From Pseudomonadota bacterium (GTDB lineage: Bacteria; Desulfobacterota; Desulfobacteria; Desulfobacterales; RPRI01), in NCBI GenBank assembly GCA_043825875.1, contig JBDRRF010000046.1:1-20375 (forward strand): 20,375 bases of DNA, read 5' to 3'. Position 1 is the stretch's first letter, and every line of letters starts with the position of its first letter. The notes beneath the pieces were generated by a model, which worked only from the letters and a program-made list of their open reading frames with translations, was not told where the DNA came from and searched no databases. Below, piece by piece: positions 1-8,268 of the stretch. Made by a program: the position numbers and the translations under genes.

Positions 1-294
1 GTTTCACTCCGCAAAACTTCAGATACACAGGTACGTTAAACGAAATAATAAAAAATTAACAAGGGTGGGTGATTGTGGATAAGTTTGCGGGCAATTATTT
101 GGCGTATATAAAAAAATGATAAAAAAATAGTGTTTCAGGCTTTTATGAATTTTATCAATCTGTTATAGCGTAACATGCTTAAGGTTCTAATGGCATTGGT
201 GAATATTCCGATTCTTAGAAAAATTAATGAAGTCGGAAAAATATTTTTTTATCAGATATTTTTCAAAAGCTCTTGCCGGCTTTTAATATTATTC

Positions 295-323
295 TTGACA
301 TATCATGAAATTAGAATTAATTT
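295..323 (+). promoter_or_regulatory. Possible sigma70 promoter for the ffh cluster
   Basis: TTGACA at 295-300, 17-bp spacer, weak -10 TAATTT at 318-323; ~150 bp upstream of ffh. Confidence 0.35.
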
Positions 324-476
324 CTAAAACTTTATATAGGTTATGTGAAAATCAATAGCAGGCAGAAAAAGCTTTCTTGCTTTCCTGCCGATTTTAAAGC
401 CATTTTTTGCCTTTTCACAAAGCTTTAGCTTTTAAAAGTTTATTAAAATTTTGATTAGATAAAATATTTATTAATT

Positions 477-1808
477 ATGTTTGAAAGTTTAAGTGAAAAA
501 TTAGAAAATATATTCAAGCAGCTTAAAGGGCACGGCAAATTAACTGAAAAGAATATTGAAGAAGGCTTAAAAGAAGTCAGGATGGCACTTCTTGAGGCTG
601 ATGTCCATTATAAGGTTGTTAAAAAACTTGTTGCTGATATAAAAGAGCGTTCTTTAGGGCAGGAAGTTATGGCAAGCCTGACGCCGGGGCATCAGGTTAT
701 TAAGATAGTAAATGATGAGCTTACCCGGCTTATGGGTTCTTCGCATCAGGAAATTGATCTTTCCGGGCCTGAGCCTGCTTCGATAATGCTTGTAGGTCTC
801 CAGGGTTCGGGGAAAACGACTACGGCCGGAAAACTTGCGATTTTTTTAAGGCAAAAAGGAAAGAAGCCTTTTCTCGTTCCTGCGGATGTTTATCGGCCTG
901 CTGCTATTGATCAGTTGAAAAAGATTGCGGATCAAATTGGTGCTCCTGTTTTTGATTCAACTGTTGATATGGATCCCGTTGATATATGCCTGAAAGCAAA
1001 AACAGCTGCTTTGAGACAAGGTTGCGATACGCTTATTCTTGATACGGCGGGACGTCTTCATATTAATGAAGAGCTTATGGCTGAGCTTGGCCGCATAAAG
1101 GATACGGTTAAACCTTCAGATATACTGCTTATTGCTGATGCTATGACTGGACAGGATGCTGTTAATATCGCAAAATCCTTTGACAGCTCGCTTGATATTG
1201 GTGGTGTGATTCTTACCAAAATGGATGGTGACGCCAGGGGAGGTGCAGCATTATCCATAAAGGCAATAACAAATAAACCCATAAAATTTATAGGGGTTGG
1301 TGAGAAATTAAGCGCACTTGAACCATTTTTTCCGGACAGAATGTCTTCAAGAATACTTGGGATGGGAGATATTCTGACCTTTATTGAAAAGGCACAGTCC
1401 GTTTCCGATGAGAAACAAGCCATTGAGCTTGAAAGGAAATTAAGAAAAAGCCAATTCACTTTAGAAGATTTTCGTGACCAGATGGCCCAAATTCGCAAAA
1501 TGGGTTCAATAACCGATCTTCTTGGCATGATTCCCGGATTAGGTAAAAACAAACAGCTTAAAAACTTAACGGTCGATGAAACAGAGTTGGTTAAAATTGA
1601 AGCGATAATTAATTCCATGACTCCTGTGGAACGCAGACAATATACCATAATTAATGGAAATCGAAGAAAAAGGATTGCCAAAGGGAGCGGAACTAGCGTA
1701 CAAGATATAAATAGACTTCTTAAAAATTATGCCCAGGCTATGAAAATAATGAAACAAATTAACAAAGGCGGTATGCGCGGTATCAAACGTGGTATGTTGC
1801 CGTTTTAG
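477..1808 (+). CDS. ffh: Signal recognition particle protein Ffh
   Basis: GLQGSGKTTT P-loop, DTAGR, TKMDGDARGG and a Met-rich M domain (RRKRIAKGSG). Confidence 0.98.
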   Translation: MFESLSEKLENIFKQLKGHGKLTEKNIEEGLKEVRMALLEADVHYKVVKKLVADIKERSLGQEVMASLTPGHQVIKIVNDELTRLMGSSHQEIDLSGPEPASIMLVGLQGSGKTTTAGKLAIFLRQKGKKPFLVPADVYRPAAIDQLKKIADQIGAPVFDSTVDMDPVDICLKAKTAALRQGCDTLILDTAGRLHINEELMAELGRIKDTVKPSDILLIADAMTGQDAVNIAKSFDSSLDIGGVILTKMDGDARGGAALSIKAITNKPIKFIGVGEKLSALEPFFPDRMSSRILGMGDILTFIEKAQSVSDEKQAIELERKLRKSQFTLEDFRDQMAQIRKMGSITDLLGMIPGLGKNKQLKNLTVDETELVKIEAIINSMTPVERRQYTIINGNRRKRIAKGSGTSVQDINRLLKNYAQAMKIMKQINKGGMRGIKRGMLPF

Positions 1809-1823
1809 AGGAGAAGTAAAGAC

Positions 1824-2063
1824 ATGGCAGTTAAAATCAGATTGGCAAGGCATGGAGCAAAGAAAAGGCCCTTTTACAGAATTGTCGTTGCTGATTCAGA
1901 ATATCCAAGAGATGGCAGGTATATAGAAGCGGTAGGTACTTATGACCCGATTATTGATCCTGCAAAGATTTCTCTCAAGGGAGAACGTATAAAATACTGG
2001 ATCGGTCAGGGAGCAAAACCTACCAATACAGTCAAAAATATTTTGAAAAAAGAAAATATATAG
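1824..2063 (+). CDS. rpsP: 30S ribosomal protein S16
   Basis: [25 protein letters not shown]...RDGR; GAGGAG RBS; follows ffh. Confidence 0.98.
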   Translation: MAVKIRLARHGAKKRPFYRIVVADSEYPRDGRYIEAVGTYDPIIDPAKISLKGERIKYWIGQGAKPTNTVKNILKKENI

Positions 2064-2135
2064 ATTATTCTTATTACATAATATTTTGTGTTGTACCCTT
2101 TGTCCTCAATCGCAAATTAAAAAGGAGATGGAGCC

Positions 2136-2366
2136 ATGAAAGATCTGATCTATTTAATAGCGCAGGCCCTGGTTGATAATCCTGAACAAGTGACAGTTGC
2201 AGAGGTGCAGGGAAACCAAACCTCTGTTTTAGAACTCAAAGTTGCTAAAGAGGATCTGGGAAAGGTAATAGGTAAGCAGGGCAGAACCGCCAGGGCAATG
2301 CGGACAATTTTAAGCGCTGCATCTGCAAAAGTAAAAAAGCGTACCGTGCTGGAAATTATTGAATAA
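2136..2366 (+). CDS. khpA: KH-domain RNA-binding protein (KhpA/YlqC family)
   Basis: [19 protein letters not shown] motif; between rpsP and rimM; AAGGAG RBS. Confidence 0.93.
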   Translation: MKDLIYLIAQALVDNPEQVTVAEVQGNQTSVLELKVAKEDLGKVIGKQGRTARAMRTILSAASAKVKKRTVLEIIE

Positions 2367-2369
2367 TCT

Positions 2370-2882
2370 GTGACTAAAAAAGGTTTTATTGCAATAGGAA
2401 AGATCGTGGGTGCCCATGGAATCTATGGTGCGGTGAAGGTCTATGCCTATTCAGAGTCGTTTTCTGTTTTTGAAACCGGAAATACGCTGTATTTAAAGAA
2501 TGATCACGATTCAACCGGCTCTTGCTACAGGATAAAAGGGTTTACGCCTCATTCCCGTTTTGCGCTTGTTTTTTTTGAAGGGGTAGATGCAAGGGATATG
2601 GCTCACAGTTTAAAGGGATTTGAGATTTTTATCGAAAAGTCAAAGCTCCCCGAACTTGAAGAAAAAACTTATTACTGGGATGATATAATCGGGCTTTATG
2701 TATATACATCGGATGGTGATTATCTTGGTAAGATTGAATCAATTATACAAACAGGCAGCAATGATGTGTATGTTGTAAAAAATGAAGGAAAAGAAGTTCT
2801 TGTTCCGGCATTGGAATCTGTTGTTTTAAATATTGATCTTGACCAAAAAACTATGAAAGTTAAATTGCCCGAAGGCTTGTAG
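2370..2882 (+). CDS. rimM: Ribosome maturation factor RimM
   Basis: IGKIVGAHGIYG, YYWDDIIGL, GSNDVYVV, LVPA motifs; GTG start. Confidence 0.95.
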   Translation: MTKKGFIAIGKIVGAHGIYGAVKVYAYSESFSVFETGNTLYLKNDHDSTGSCYRIKGFTPHSRFALVFFEGVDARDMAHSLKGFEIFIEKSKLPELEEKTYYWDDIIGLYVYTSDGDYLGKIESIIQTGSNDVYVVKNEGKEVLVPALESVVLNIDLDQKTMKVKLPEGL

Positions 2883-2903
2883 CAAACATTTTGTAATGGA
2901 CTT

Positions 2904-3692
2904 ATGATGAAATTTACAGTTCTTACAATATTTCCTGAAATGTTTAATTCTTTCTGGTCTTATGGAATAATTAAAAAAGCGATTGAAGAAAACCATATTT
3001 TTACTTCTGCAATTAACATAAGAGATTTTGCAAAAGATAAGCACAAGACAACTGATGACAGGCCTTATGGCGGTGGTTGCGGAATGGTTATGAAGCCTGA
3101 ACCGCTGGCAGATGCCATTAGAGCGGCAAAAGAAAATAATCCTGATTCGAGGACAATTTTATTAAGCCCTCAGGGAAGTATTTTTAATCAGCAATTGGCA
3201 GTTGAATTAGCTGAATCAAAAGGACTTAACCTTATTTGTGGAAGATATGAGGGCGTAGACGAACGTATAAGCAGTAATTTTATTGATGATGAAATTTCCA
3301 TAGGTGATTATGTACTGATGGGCGGGGAACTTGGAGCAATGGTAATTATTGAAGCTGTTACACGTCTGATTCCCGGAGTACTTGGCAGCCCTGACTCAGC
3401 TTCGCAGGATTCATTCTCCGGCAAGTTGCTTGATTACTGCCATTATACAAGGCCAAGAGATTTTGAAGGATCGAAAGTGCCGGAAGTACTGCTTTCCGGA
3501 AACCATAAGGATATTGATAACTGGAGACTTGAGGCTTCATTAATACGCACTTTTTTAAAACGGCCGGATCTTATAGAAAATAAGCTTCTTACAAAACAGG
3601 AAAATGAAATACTGAAAAAATGGTGCCGCGATATTGAAAATATTATTCAAACCCAATCTTTACGTGGCCCTGGTACATTATCCGGTAATTAA
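2904..3692 (+). CDS. trmD: tRNA (guanine37-N1)-methyltransferase TrmD
   Basis: DDRPYGGGCGMVM, LSPQG, CGRYEGVDER, SIGDYVLMGGE, YTRP, VPEVLLSGNH. Confidence 0.97.
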   Translation: MMKFTVLTIFPEMFNSFWSYGIIKKAIEENHIFTSAINIRDFAKDKHKTTDDRPYGGGCGMVMKPEPLADAIRAAKENNPDSRTILLSPQGSIFNQQLAVELAESKGLNLICGRYEGVDERISSNFIDDEISIGDYVLMGGELGAMVIIEAVTRLIPGVLGSPDSASQDSFSGKLLDYCHYTRPRDFEGSKVPEVLLSGNHKDIDNWRLEASLIRTFLKRPDLIENKLLTKQENEILKKWCRDIENIIQTQSLRGPGTLSGN

Positions 3693-4203
3693 TAAATCAG
3701 GAGATATTATAGCATCTGCAATAACGAACCTTGATTTGCATGACATGGCAAGAGCGGCAAAAACATATGGGGTAAAAAAATTTTACGTAGTTACACCGCT
3801 TGATGATCAAAAAGAGCTTGCCGGGCAAATAATTTCTCACTGGACAAGCGGAGCAGGATCAGCGCTTAATCCCAAAAGGCGCGAGGCTCTTGAGTTGATA
3901 TATATAAAAGACTCAATTAAAGATGTTATAGAAGAAATAAGTTTAAAAGAAAAGAGTTGTCCAAAAACAGTAGTAACAAGTGCAAAAGATAGTAACGATT
4001 ACATCAGCTTTTTTGAATTAAAAAATATGCTCAAAGATTCAAGCCCGTATCTTATAGCTTTTGGAACAGGTTGGGGGCTTGCTGAAGAAATAATTTCAAA
4101 CGCTGATTATATGCTTGAACCGATAAAAGGAAATACTGATTACAACCACCTTTCAGTAAGATCGGCCTGCTCAATTATTTTAGACAGACTTATTTGTGGT
4201 TGA
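3634..4203 (+). CDS. SPOUT-class RNA methyltransferase (trmD-associated, DUF2168-like)
   Basis: LYVALVHYPV, TNLDLHDMARAAKTYG, FGTGWGL, YNHLSVRSA; TTG start uncertain, overlaps trmD by 59 bp. Confidence 0.85.
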   Translation: MKILFKPNLYVALVHYPVINKSGDIIASAITNLDLHDMARAAKTYGVKKFYVVTPLDDQKELAGQIISHWTSGAGSALNPKRREALELIYIKDSIKDVIEEISLKEKSCPKTVVTSAKDSNDYISFFELKNMLKDSSPYLIAFGTGWGLAEEIISNADYMLEPIKGNTDYNHLSVRSACSIILDRLICG

Positions 4204-4299
4204 AAACAGGATTTTTTGCAAATAGAAGATTTAGTTATACTTGTTTTTGCTATACTTCATGGTGAAAACAAAATATATTTTATATTAGGAGATTAAAAG

Positions 4300-4647
4300 A
4301 TGGACCCATTAAAACAGTTGGCACTTGAAACCATGCGGCTTGATTTTCCCACATTTAAAACGGGAGATACGGTAAAAGTCCATGTCAAAATAAAAGAAGG
4401 TGAAAAAGAGCGGATTCAGGTATTTGAAGGAGTTATTATTGGCAGACACAGAAAGTCCGTCAATTCAACTTTTACCGTAAGGAAAGTATCATACGGTGTT
4501 GGTGTGGAACGTATATTTCAGCTTAATTCACCTGTTATAGATAGAATTGAAGTTATGAGCCATGGCCGGGTAAGGCAGTCAAAAATTTATTACCTTCGCA
4601 AACTCAGAGGCAAAGCGGCCAGGTTAAAAGAACGGCGCGTAAATTAA
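4300..4647 (+). CDS. rplS: 50S ribosomal protein L19
   Basis: [44 protein letters not shown]. Confidence 0.98.
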   Translation: MDPLKQLALETMRLDFPTFKTGDTVKVHVKIKEGEKERIQVFEGVIIGRHRKSVNSTFTVRKVSYGVGVERIFQLNSPVIDRIEVMSHGRVRQSKIYYLRKLRGKAARLKERRVN

Positions 4648-4679
4648 ATTTAAGTAACTATACAATTAGAAGCGAATCC

Positions 4680-5294
4680 ATGGGAAACAACCTGTGGGCA
4701 TATGAATTGAGTGCCTTTGAAAAAGGCTATAGAAAAATAGCGGGCGTAGATGAGGCCGGCAGAGGACCTATTGCCGGCCCTGTTGTTTCCGCAGCAGTAA
4801 TTCTTCCTCTTTCGCATACTATTGAAGGCGTTACAGACTCAAAAAAATTAACTCCCAAGAAACGCGATTTTCTTTATGATGTTATATATGAACAAGCTGT
4901 TTCCGTTGGAGTAGGGATAGTTGACTCGATAGAAATTGAGCGTATAAATATTCTTAGGGCATCTCTTCTTTCAATGGCAATTGCCGTTCGGAACCTTTCG
5001 CCTAAATCAGATTTTCTGCTTATCGATGGAATATTTCAAATTCCGTATGACATTTCACAGCAAGCTATTGCTCACGGCGATTCTTTAAGCTTATCTATTG
5101 CGGCAGCATCAATTGTTGCAAAAGTCACAAGAGACAGACTTATGGAAAGATATCATTATGAATATCCCGAATATGGTTTCATAAAACACAAAGGATATCC
5201 AACCAAAGATCACAAAGAAGCTATCCGAAGATTTGGGAGTTGTCCTATTCACAGGAGAACTTTTAAAGGAGTGAAAGAAGTTTTAATCGCTTAG
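4680..5294 (+). CDS. rnhB: Ribonuclease HII
   Basis: AGVDEAGRGP, DSKKL, LIDG, SIAAASIVAKVTRD, HKGYPT. Confidence 0.97.
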   Translation: MGNNLWAYELSAFEKGYRKIAGVDEAGRGPIAGPVVSAAVILPLSHTIEGVTDSKKLTPKKRDFLYDVIYEQAVSVGVGIVDSIEIERINILRASLLSMAIAVRNLSPKSDFLLIDGIFQIPYDISQQAIAHGDSLSLSIAAASIVAKVTRDRLMERYHYEYPEYGFIKHKGYPTKDHKEAIRRFGSCPIHRRTFKGVKEVLIA

Positions 5295-5361
5295 TTAATT
5301 ATTCCAAATTAATGACCTTGATAAAACAGCTTAGCACTTATGGGTGAAAGAGGAGTAGGGC

Positions 5362-5733
5362 ATGCCGTCAAAAGATCAGCTTTTTGGAAAAGAAGGCGAA
5401 TCTCTTGCCGTTTTACACCTTAAAAAAAAAGGGTATAAAATTCTTGAGCAAAATTATCGCACCAAGTTTGGTGAAATTGATATAATTGCAAAAGAAAAAA
5501 ACACCTTGGTATTTGTTGAAGTAAAATCCAGAAAAACCGGAGATTTCGGAAGTCCCAAATATGCAGTAACACCAAAAAAAATGAAAAAGATTTCCATGGT
5601 TGCTCTTTACTTTTTAAAAATTACAAATCAAAGCGGTGTAAAAGCCAGATTTGATGTTGTAGCAATTAGTCCGGGAGTAAAAGAACCTGAAATTGAAATA
5701 ATAAAAAATGCTTTCGACCTTGCTTATGGATAA
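5362..5733 (+). CDS. yraN: YraN family (UPF0102) putative nuclease
   Basis: GEIDIIA, LVFVEVKSR, RFDVVAI; conserved position after rnhB. Confidence 0.92.
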   Translation: MPSKDQLFGKEGESLAVLHLKKKGYKILEQNYRTKFGEIDIIAKEKNTLVFVEVKSRKTGDFGSPKYAVTPKKMKKISMVALYFLKITNQSGVKARFDVVAISPGVKEPEIEIIKNAFDLAYG

Positions 5734-6595
5734 TACAGAAACCTCAGTTATATCCGGCACTCTTTATGTTGTTGCAACCCCCATAGGAAACAGGGATGAT
5801 ATTACACTAAGAGCATTAAAGGTTTTAAGTGATGTTGATCTTATTGCAGCAGAAGATACCCGCCATACAGGAAATTTTCTTTCTTTCCATAATATAAAAA
5901 AAAGCTTGATATCTTATCACGAATATAATGAAGAAAAACGGACTCCGGACTTGATTGCCAAGCTTAAAACAGGAGCATCTGTTGCGCTTGTTACTAATGC
6001 GGGCACACCGCTTTTATCCGATCCCGGATTTCGGCTGGTAAAAGAAGCTGTCGCTGCAGGAATAAACATTGTTTCGGTTCCCGGTGTATCCGCAGCCATA
6101 GCCGCTTTAAGTATTTCCGGGCTGCCGACGGATTCTTTTATTTTTATCGGCTTTTGTCCCAGAAAAAAACAAAAGCGTCTGGATCTGTTAAGTGAGATAA
6201 ATAAAGAAAAAAGAACTATAGTATTTTACGAATCGCCAAAAAGAATTATACGGTTTATCGAAGAAGTACTTGATGTAATGGGTGAAAGATATTGTGTTTT
6301 AACACGTGAACTGACCAAGATTTACGAAGAGATTATAAGAGGAACCCAGGCCGAAATACTTTATGTTTTAAAGCAGCGCCCTGAAATAAAAGGCGAGATA
6401 ACTATGCTGATATCCGGCTATAAAGAAAAAGATGATTATTCTTATGATATTCTAGTAAAGGAACTTACCGAAAGTATATATGAGCAAAAAACTCCATTGC
6501 CTGTTCTTGCAAAAGAAAAAGCAAAAAAATTCGGTCTATCAAAAAATCAGGTATATGAAGAAGCTTTAAGGATAAAAAAAGAAGTTCAAGAGTAG
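5726..6595 (+). CDS. rsmI: 16S rRNA (cytidine1402-2'-O)-methyltransferase RsmI
   Basis: LYVVATPIGN, AAEDTR, AGTPLLSDPG, FYESPKR, RELTKIYEE; ATG 5726 overlapping the yraN end preferred over 5708. Confidence 0.95.
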   Translation: MDNTETSVISGTLYVVATPIGNRDDITLRALKVLSDVDLIAAEDTRHTGNFLSFHNIKKSLISYHEYNEEKRTPDLIAKLKTGASVALVTNAGTPLLSDPGFRLVKEAVAAGINIVSVPGVSAAIAALSISGLPTDSFIFIGFCPRKKQKRLDLLSEINKEKRTIVFYESPKRIIRFIEEVLDVMGERYCVLTRELTKIYEEIIRGTQAEILYVLKQRPEIKGEITMLISGYKEKDDYSYDILVKELTESIYEQKTPLPVLAKEKAKKFGLSKNQVYEEALRIKKEVQE

Positions 6596-6599
6596 ATAG

Positions 6600-6623
6600 T
6601 ACTTGATATCATAATATCAAGTA
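6600..6623. terminator. Perfect 10-bp inverted repeat just after rsmI (terminator or operator)
   Basis: TACTTGATAT-cata-ATATCAAGTA, 4 bp after the rsmI stop, between convergent genes; AT-rich stem, no U-tract. Confidence 0.35.
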
Positions 6624-6656
6624 GTTGACAAAATTTTTTAATTATAGATTGAGAGA

Positions 6657-6712
6657 GAGTAACACAAAGTTCACCGGGAGCACCAACGATCCGGTGGAGT
6701 GCCTCGTTAACT
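6657..6712 (-). other. Integron attC-like recombination site (56 bp)
   Basis: Minus strand: AGTTAAC-GAGGC-ACTCCACC-GG..CC-GGTGAAC-TTTGT-GTTACTC = R''-5-L''(8)...L'(7)-5-R', extrahelical G on the bottom strand; 4 bp after the toxin stop. Confidence 0.7.
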
Positions 6713-6716
6713 GTTT

Positions 6717-7001
6717 TCATTTCCTTACCCTGGCCTTTTTATAGACCATCTTTTTCTCTCTTTTCCCAATTGCAATTACCAAAACATAGATTTCTTCGTC
6801 AATTACTTCGTAAACGAGTCTGTATCCACTTGTTCTAAGTTTGATTTTGTAATGGTTTTTAAAACCTGAAAGCTGACAGCTGGGCACATGTGGAGACTCA
6901 AGACGTTCTTGTAATTTTTTCTTGAGTTGAATTTGGATAGCATTATCAAGCTTTTTCCATTCCTTAAGTGCTGTCGGAAGAAATTTTAATTTATAACTCA
7001 T
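6717..7001 (-). CDS. Type II toxin, RelE/StbE family
   Basis: MSYKLKFLPTALKEWKKLD, YKIKLRTSGYRLVYEV, VIAIGKRE; overlaps upstream antitoxin by 11 bp. Confidence 0.92.
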   Translation of the reverse strand: MSYKLKFLPTALKEWKKLDNAIQIQLKKKLQERLESPHVPSCQLSGFKNHYKIKLRTSGYRLVYEVIDEEIYVLVIAIGKREKKMVYKKARVRK

Positions 7002-7242
7002 CTAATGTTACTTCTACGGCTGAAAATTTTTCATGCTGACGCTCGCTAACTATAACTCCTAATTGGTAGTCTTCAATTTTTTCGAGTAACGCTTCGTATG
7101 TCTCAGCTGGAATGAGATAAGCTGTAGGCCTATTATGATTAAGAATGGCAATAGGCTCACCGCCTGACTGTTCAATTAGGAGAGAAGGGTTTTTCTTTAA
7201 TTCAGATATACTTACTGAGTAACTTGCTAATATGGATTTCAT
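6991..7242 (-). CDS. Type II antitoxin, Phd/YefM (StbD-like) family
   Basis: SISELKKNP, PIAILNHNRPTAYL, acidic C-terminus VEVTLDEL. Confidence 0.92.
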   Translation of the reverse strand: MKSILASYSVSISELKKNPSLLIEQSGGEPIAILNHNRPTAYLIPAETYEALLEKIEDYQLGVIVSERQHEKFSAVEVTLDEL

Positions 7243-7285
7243 AATTACACCTATAAGTTTTTATTTAGATCTCAATTATGTACTT

Positions 7286-7314
7286 ATTATAGGTCTTATT
7301 TTCTGCGATAGCAA
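7286..7314 (-). promoter_or_regulatory. Sigma70 promoter of the Phd/RelE-type operon
   Basis: Minus strand TTGCTA-17 bp-TATAAT; similar short motifs AAGACCTA/AAGTACAT/GAGATCTA nearby may be antitoxin operators. Confidence 0.7.
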
Positions 7315-7322
7315 TAAAAAAA

Positions 7323-7473
7323 GACAGGGCTATTTTATCCTGCCCTTGTTGGTAGAGATGGTGGGCTTATTTTTCAAACTACTTTCCCGCTGGTTCTATG
7401 TTACCTAAACCTTTGAACAGGATAAAAAATAAAATACCTGCTTTTTCAGGTCGGCACCAGTGAAATGTTAAAT
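7323..7473 (-). other. Truncated attC-like site after hicB
   Basis: Minus strand ATTTAAC-ATTTC-ACTGGTGC-CGAC, then a long imperfect palindrome; the L'/R' half is missing. Confidence 0.45.
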
Positions 7474-7482
7474 ACAGGGATG

Positions 7483-7818
7483 TTACTGGACATGGACAAT
7501 TTGATCAATCGTTTCAACGATCCACTGATTCAGGCTTTTCCCTTCTGCTGAGGCTCTTGAAGCTATTTCAGCGTGTAATTCCGGTGGAATGCGTAGATTG
7601 AATTTACCGGAAAATTCTTTATATGATTCTATGCCTTTTTCTTTGCAGACATCAAGAAATATCTTTAAAGACTTCTTAAATTCCAAACGCAACTCATCAG
7701 GTGTTTTACCGTAAAAATCTGCTCCACCATTGAGCCCAAGTATTTCACCCCGAAACATATCAATTTCAGGGTCATATTCAATTTTTGCTTTATGTCCTTT
7801 GTATGTCATTATATTCAT
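7483..7818 (-). CDS. hicB: HicB family antitoxin
   Basis: MTYKGHKAKIEYD..FRGEILGL..ADFYG plus C-terminal RHH SGKFNLRIPPELH..SLNQW; ATG 7818 overlaps the hicA stop (ATGA). Confidence 0.92.
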   Translation of the reverse strand: MNIMTYKGHKAKIEYDPEIDMFRGEILGLNGGADFYGKTPDELRLEFKKSLKIFLDVCKEKGIESYKEFSGKFNLRIPPELHAEIASRASAEGKSLNQWIVETIDQIVHVQ

Positions 7819-8069
7819 GGTATGACTCCATGGCTTTCTAACCATTTGCGAATGCTGGCAACCGCACCTTTGTCAGTGTCTGGCATAGGATGTGGCCTAT
7901 GAAATATCCTTACCTCATTAAACAAAAACACTGCAATCCTGGAACCTTCTCGCTCGCTGACCTCAGCGCCAAGAGAAATAAACATTTTCTCGATATCAAC
8001 CCATTTGATGTTGCCGCTGGTAGGTCTGCCAAAAACAAGTACCAATGTTTTATGGTGTTTTTGTTTCAT
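7815..8069 (-). CDS. hicA: HicA family toxin
   Basis: IKWVDIEKMFISLGAEVSEREGSRI..FHRPHP..KGAV; start at 8069 or 8075. Confidence 0.9.
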   Translation of the reverse strand: MKQKHHKTLVLVFGRPTSGNIKWVDIEKMFISLGAEVSEREGSRIAVFLFNEVRIFHRPHPMPDTDKGAVASIRKWLESHGVIP

Positions 8070-8076
8070 TTGCATT

Positions 8077-8104
8077 ATAGTACCAAATTATGGTACTCAG
8101 TCAA
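8077..8104 (-). promoter_or_regulatory. hicAB promoter with palindromic operator
   Basis: Minus strand TTGACT-16 bp-(TGn)TACTAT; palindrome AGTACCA-TAATT-TGGTACT (8079-8097) overlaps the spacer and -10. Confidence 0.65.
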
Positions 8105-8268
8105 GAATATTTTAATTAGAGTAACAGAAATTGTTAGTTTTGAAGTCACATAACCTGCCGCATCGCCTAATATGCTGGCAAACGTGGTCTTGATACACTG
8201 TCGCGGGTCGTGGATCAAGACCCACTAAATGGACACGGCATTTTGCATGTCAAAGTAAACGGTAAAGG

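Noticed and set aside
361..389. Hairpin in the ffh leader as SRP RNA or a riboswitch
   Set aside because: Too short and lacks the SRP domain IV motif; no recognisable RNA gene
1058..1853. Antisense ORFs within ffh, and similar shadow ORFs inside trmD, rsmI, the ligase, PPTase, MBL, EamA and sulfatase genes
   Set aside because: Shadows of well-supported genes
6625..6650. TTGACA after rsmI as an antisense promoter into the toxin
   Set aside because: No -10 hexamer at 16-18 bp spacing
7445..7473. AAATGTTAAAT as the XerD arm of a dif site
   Set aside because: No XerC-like arm at 6-bp spacing; fits an attC R'' end better
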